64,000 nucleotides of DNA. Origin: Phoronis australis (lineage: Eukaryota > Animalia > Phoronida). Shown piece by piece: positions 63,848 through 64,000 of the stretch. The translations under genes were made by a program, and so were the position numbers. Each line of letters opens with the position of its first letter. Position 1 is the stretch's first letter. The stretch is taken from positions 929,357 to 993,356 of the forward strand of contig NMRA01000022.1 in NCBI GenBank assembly GCA_002633005.1. Direction: 5' to 3'. A model generated the notes under the pieces. It saw only the letters and a list, made by a program, of their open reading frames with translations, made no database searches and was not told the DNA's origin.

Positions 63848-64000
63848 CAGTGGCGGATTTAGAGGGGGGCCAAGGGGACCATGTCCCCCTAAAATTCTTA
63901 TTCTCCCAGATTCCGGCAGTTCGGGGGTGCCAATGTCTGACGGGCAAAATCCTGGCTAATACTCTGCCCTGCCCCCCCAACTCAAAATCCTGTATCCGCC
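63848..64000 (-). mobile_element. MITE family A copy (reverse orientation, runs to the window end)
   Basis: Reverse complement of 34715-34880 / 7190-7330. Confidence 0.75.

Overview
This is eukaryotic (animal, probably marine invertebrate) draft-assembly DNA. It is AT-rich, has GT-AG introns, two N-gaps and two apparently artefactual overlap duplications, and it contains no prokaryotic operon, rRNA or CRISPR array. The left end holds two tandem paralogous genes with single-exon CDSs (4000-6600 and 12544-15327). Each encodes an IFIT/TTC22-like TPR protein with a divergent Ser/Pro/Arg-rich central insert, a second TPR block and a C-terminal TIR-like domain. Copy 1 has one in-frame TGA followed two codons later by a strong-context ATG. 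This candidate 'IFIT-like sensor + TIR effector' innate-immune module is the most interesting feature, although its domains were recognised by eye and need profile or structure confirmation. The window also contains a mitochondrial glycerol-3-phosphate acyltransferase gene (GPAM/GPAT1; 17 coding exons visible, others probably lost in a gap), a convergent dynein light chain LC8 gene, and a three-exon GPI-anchored Ly6/three-finger (quiver/sleepless-like) gene. There are many transposon relics (a THAP-domain remnant, a deleted Tc1, LINE 3' fragments, several MITE families, and a 98-bp perfect-hairpin MITE with an 8-bp TSD) and several minisatellites.
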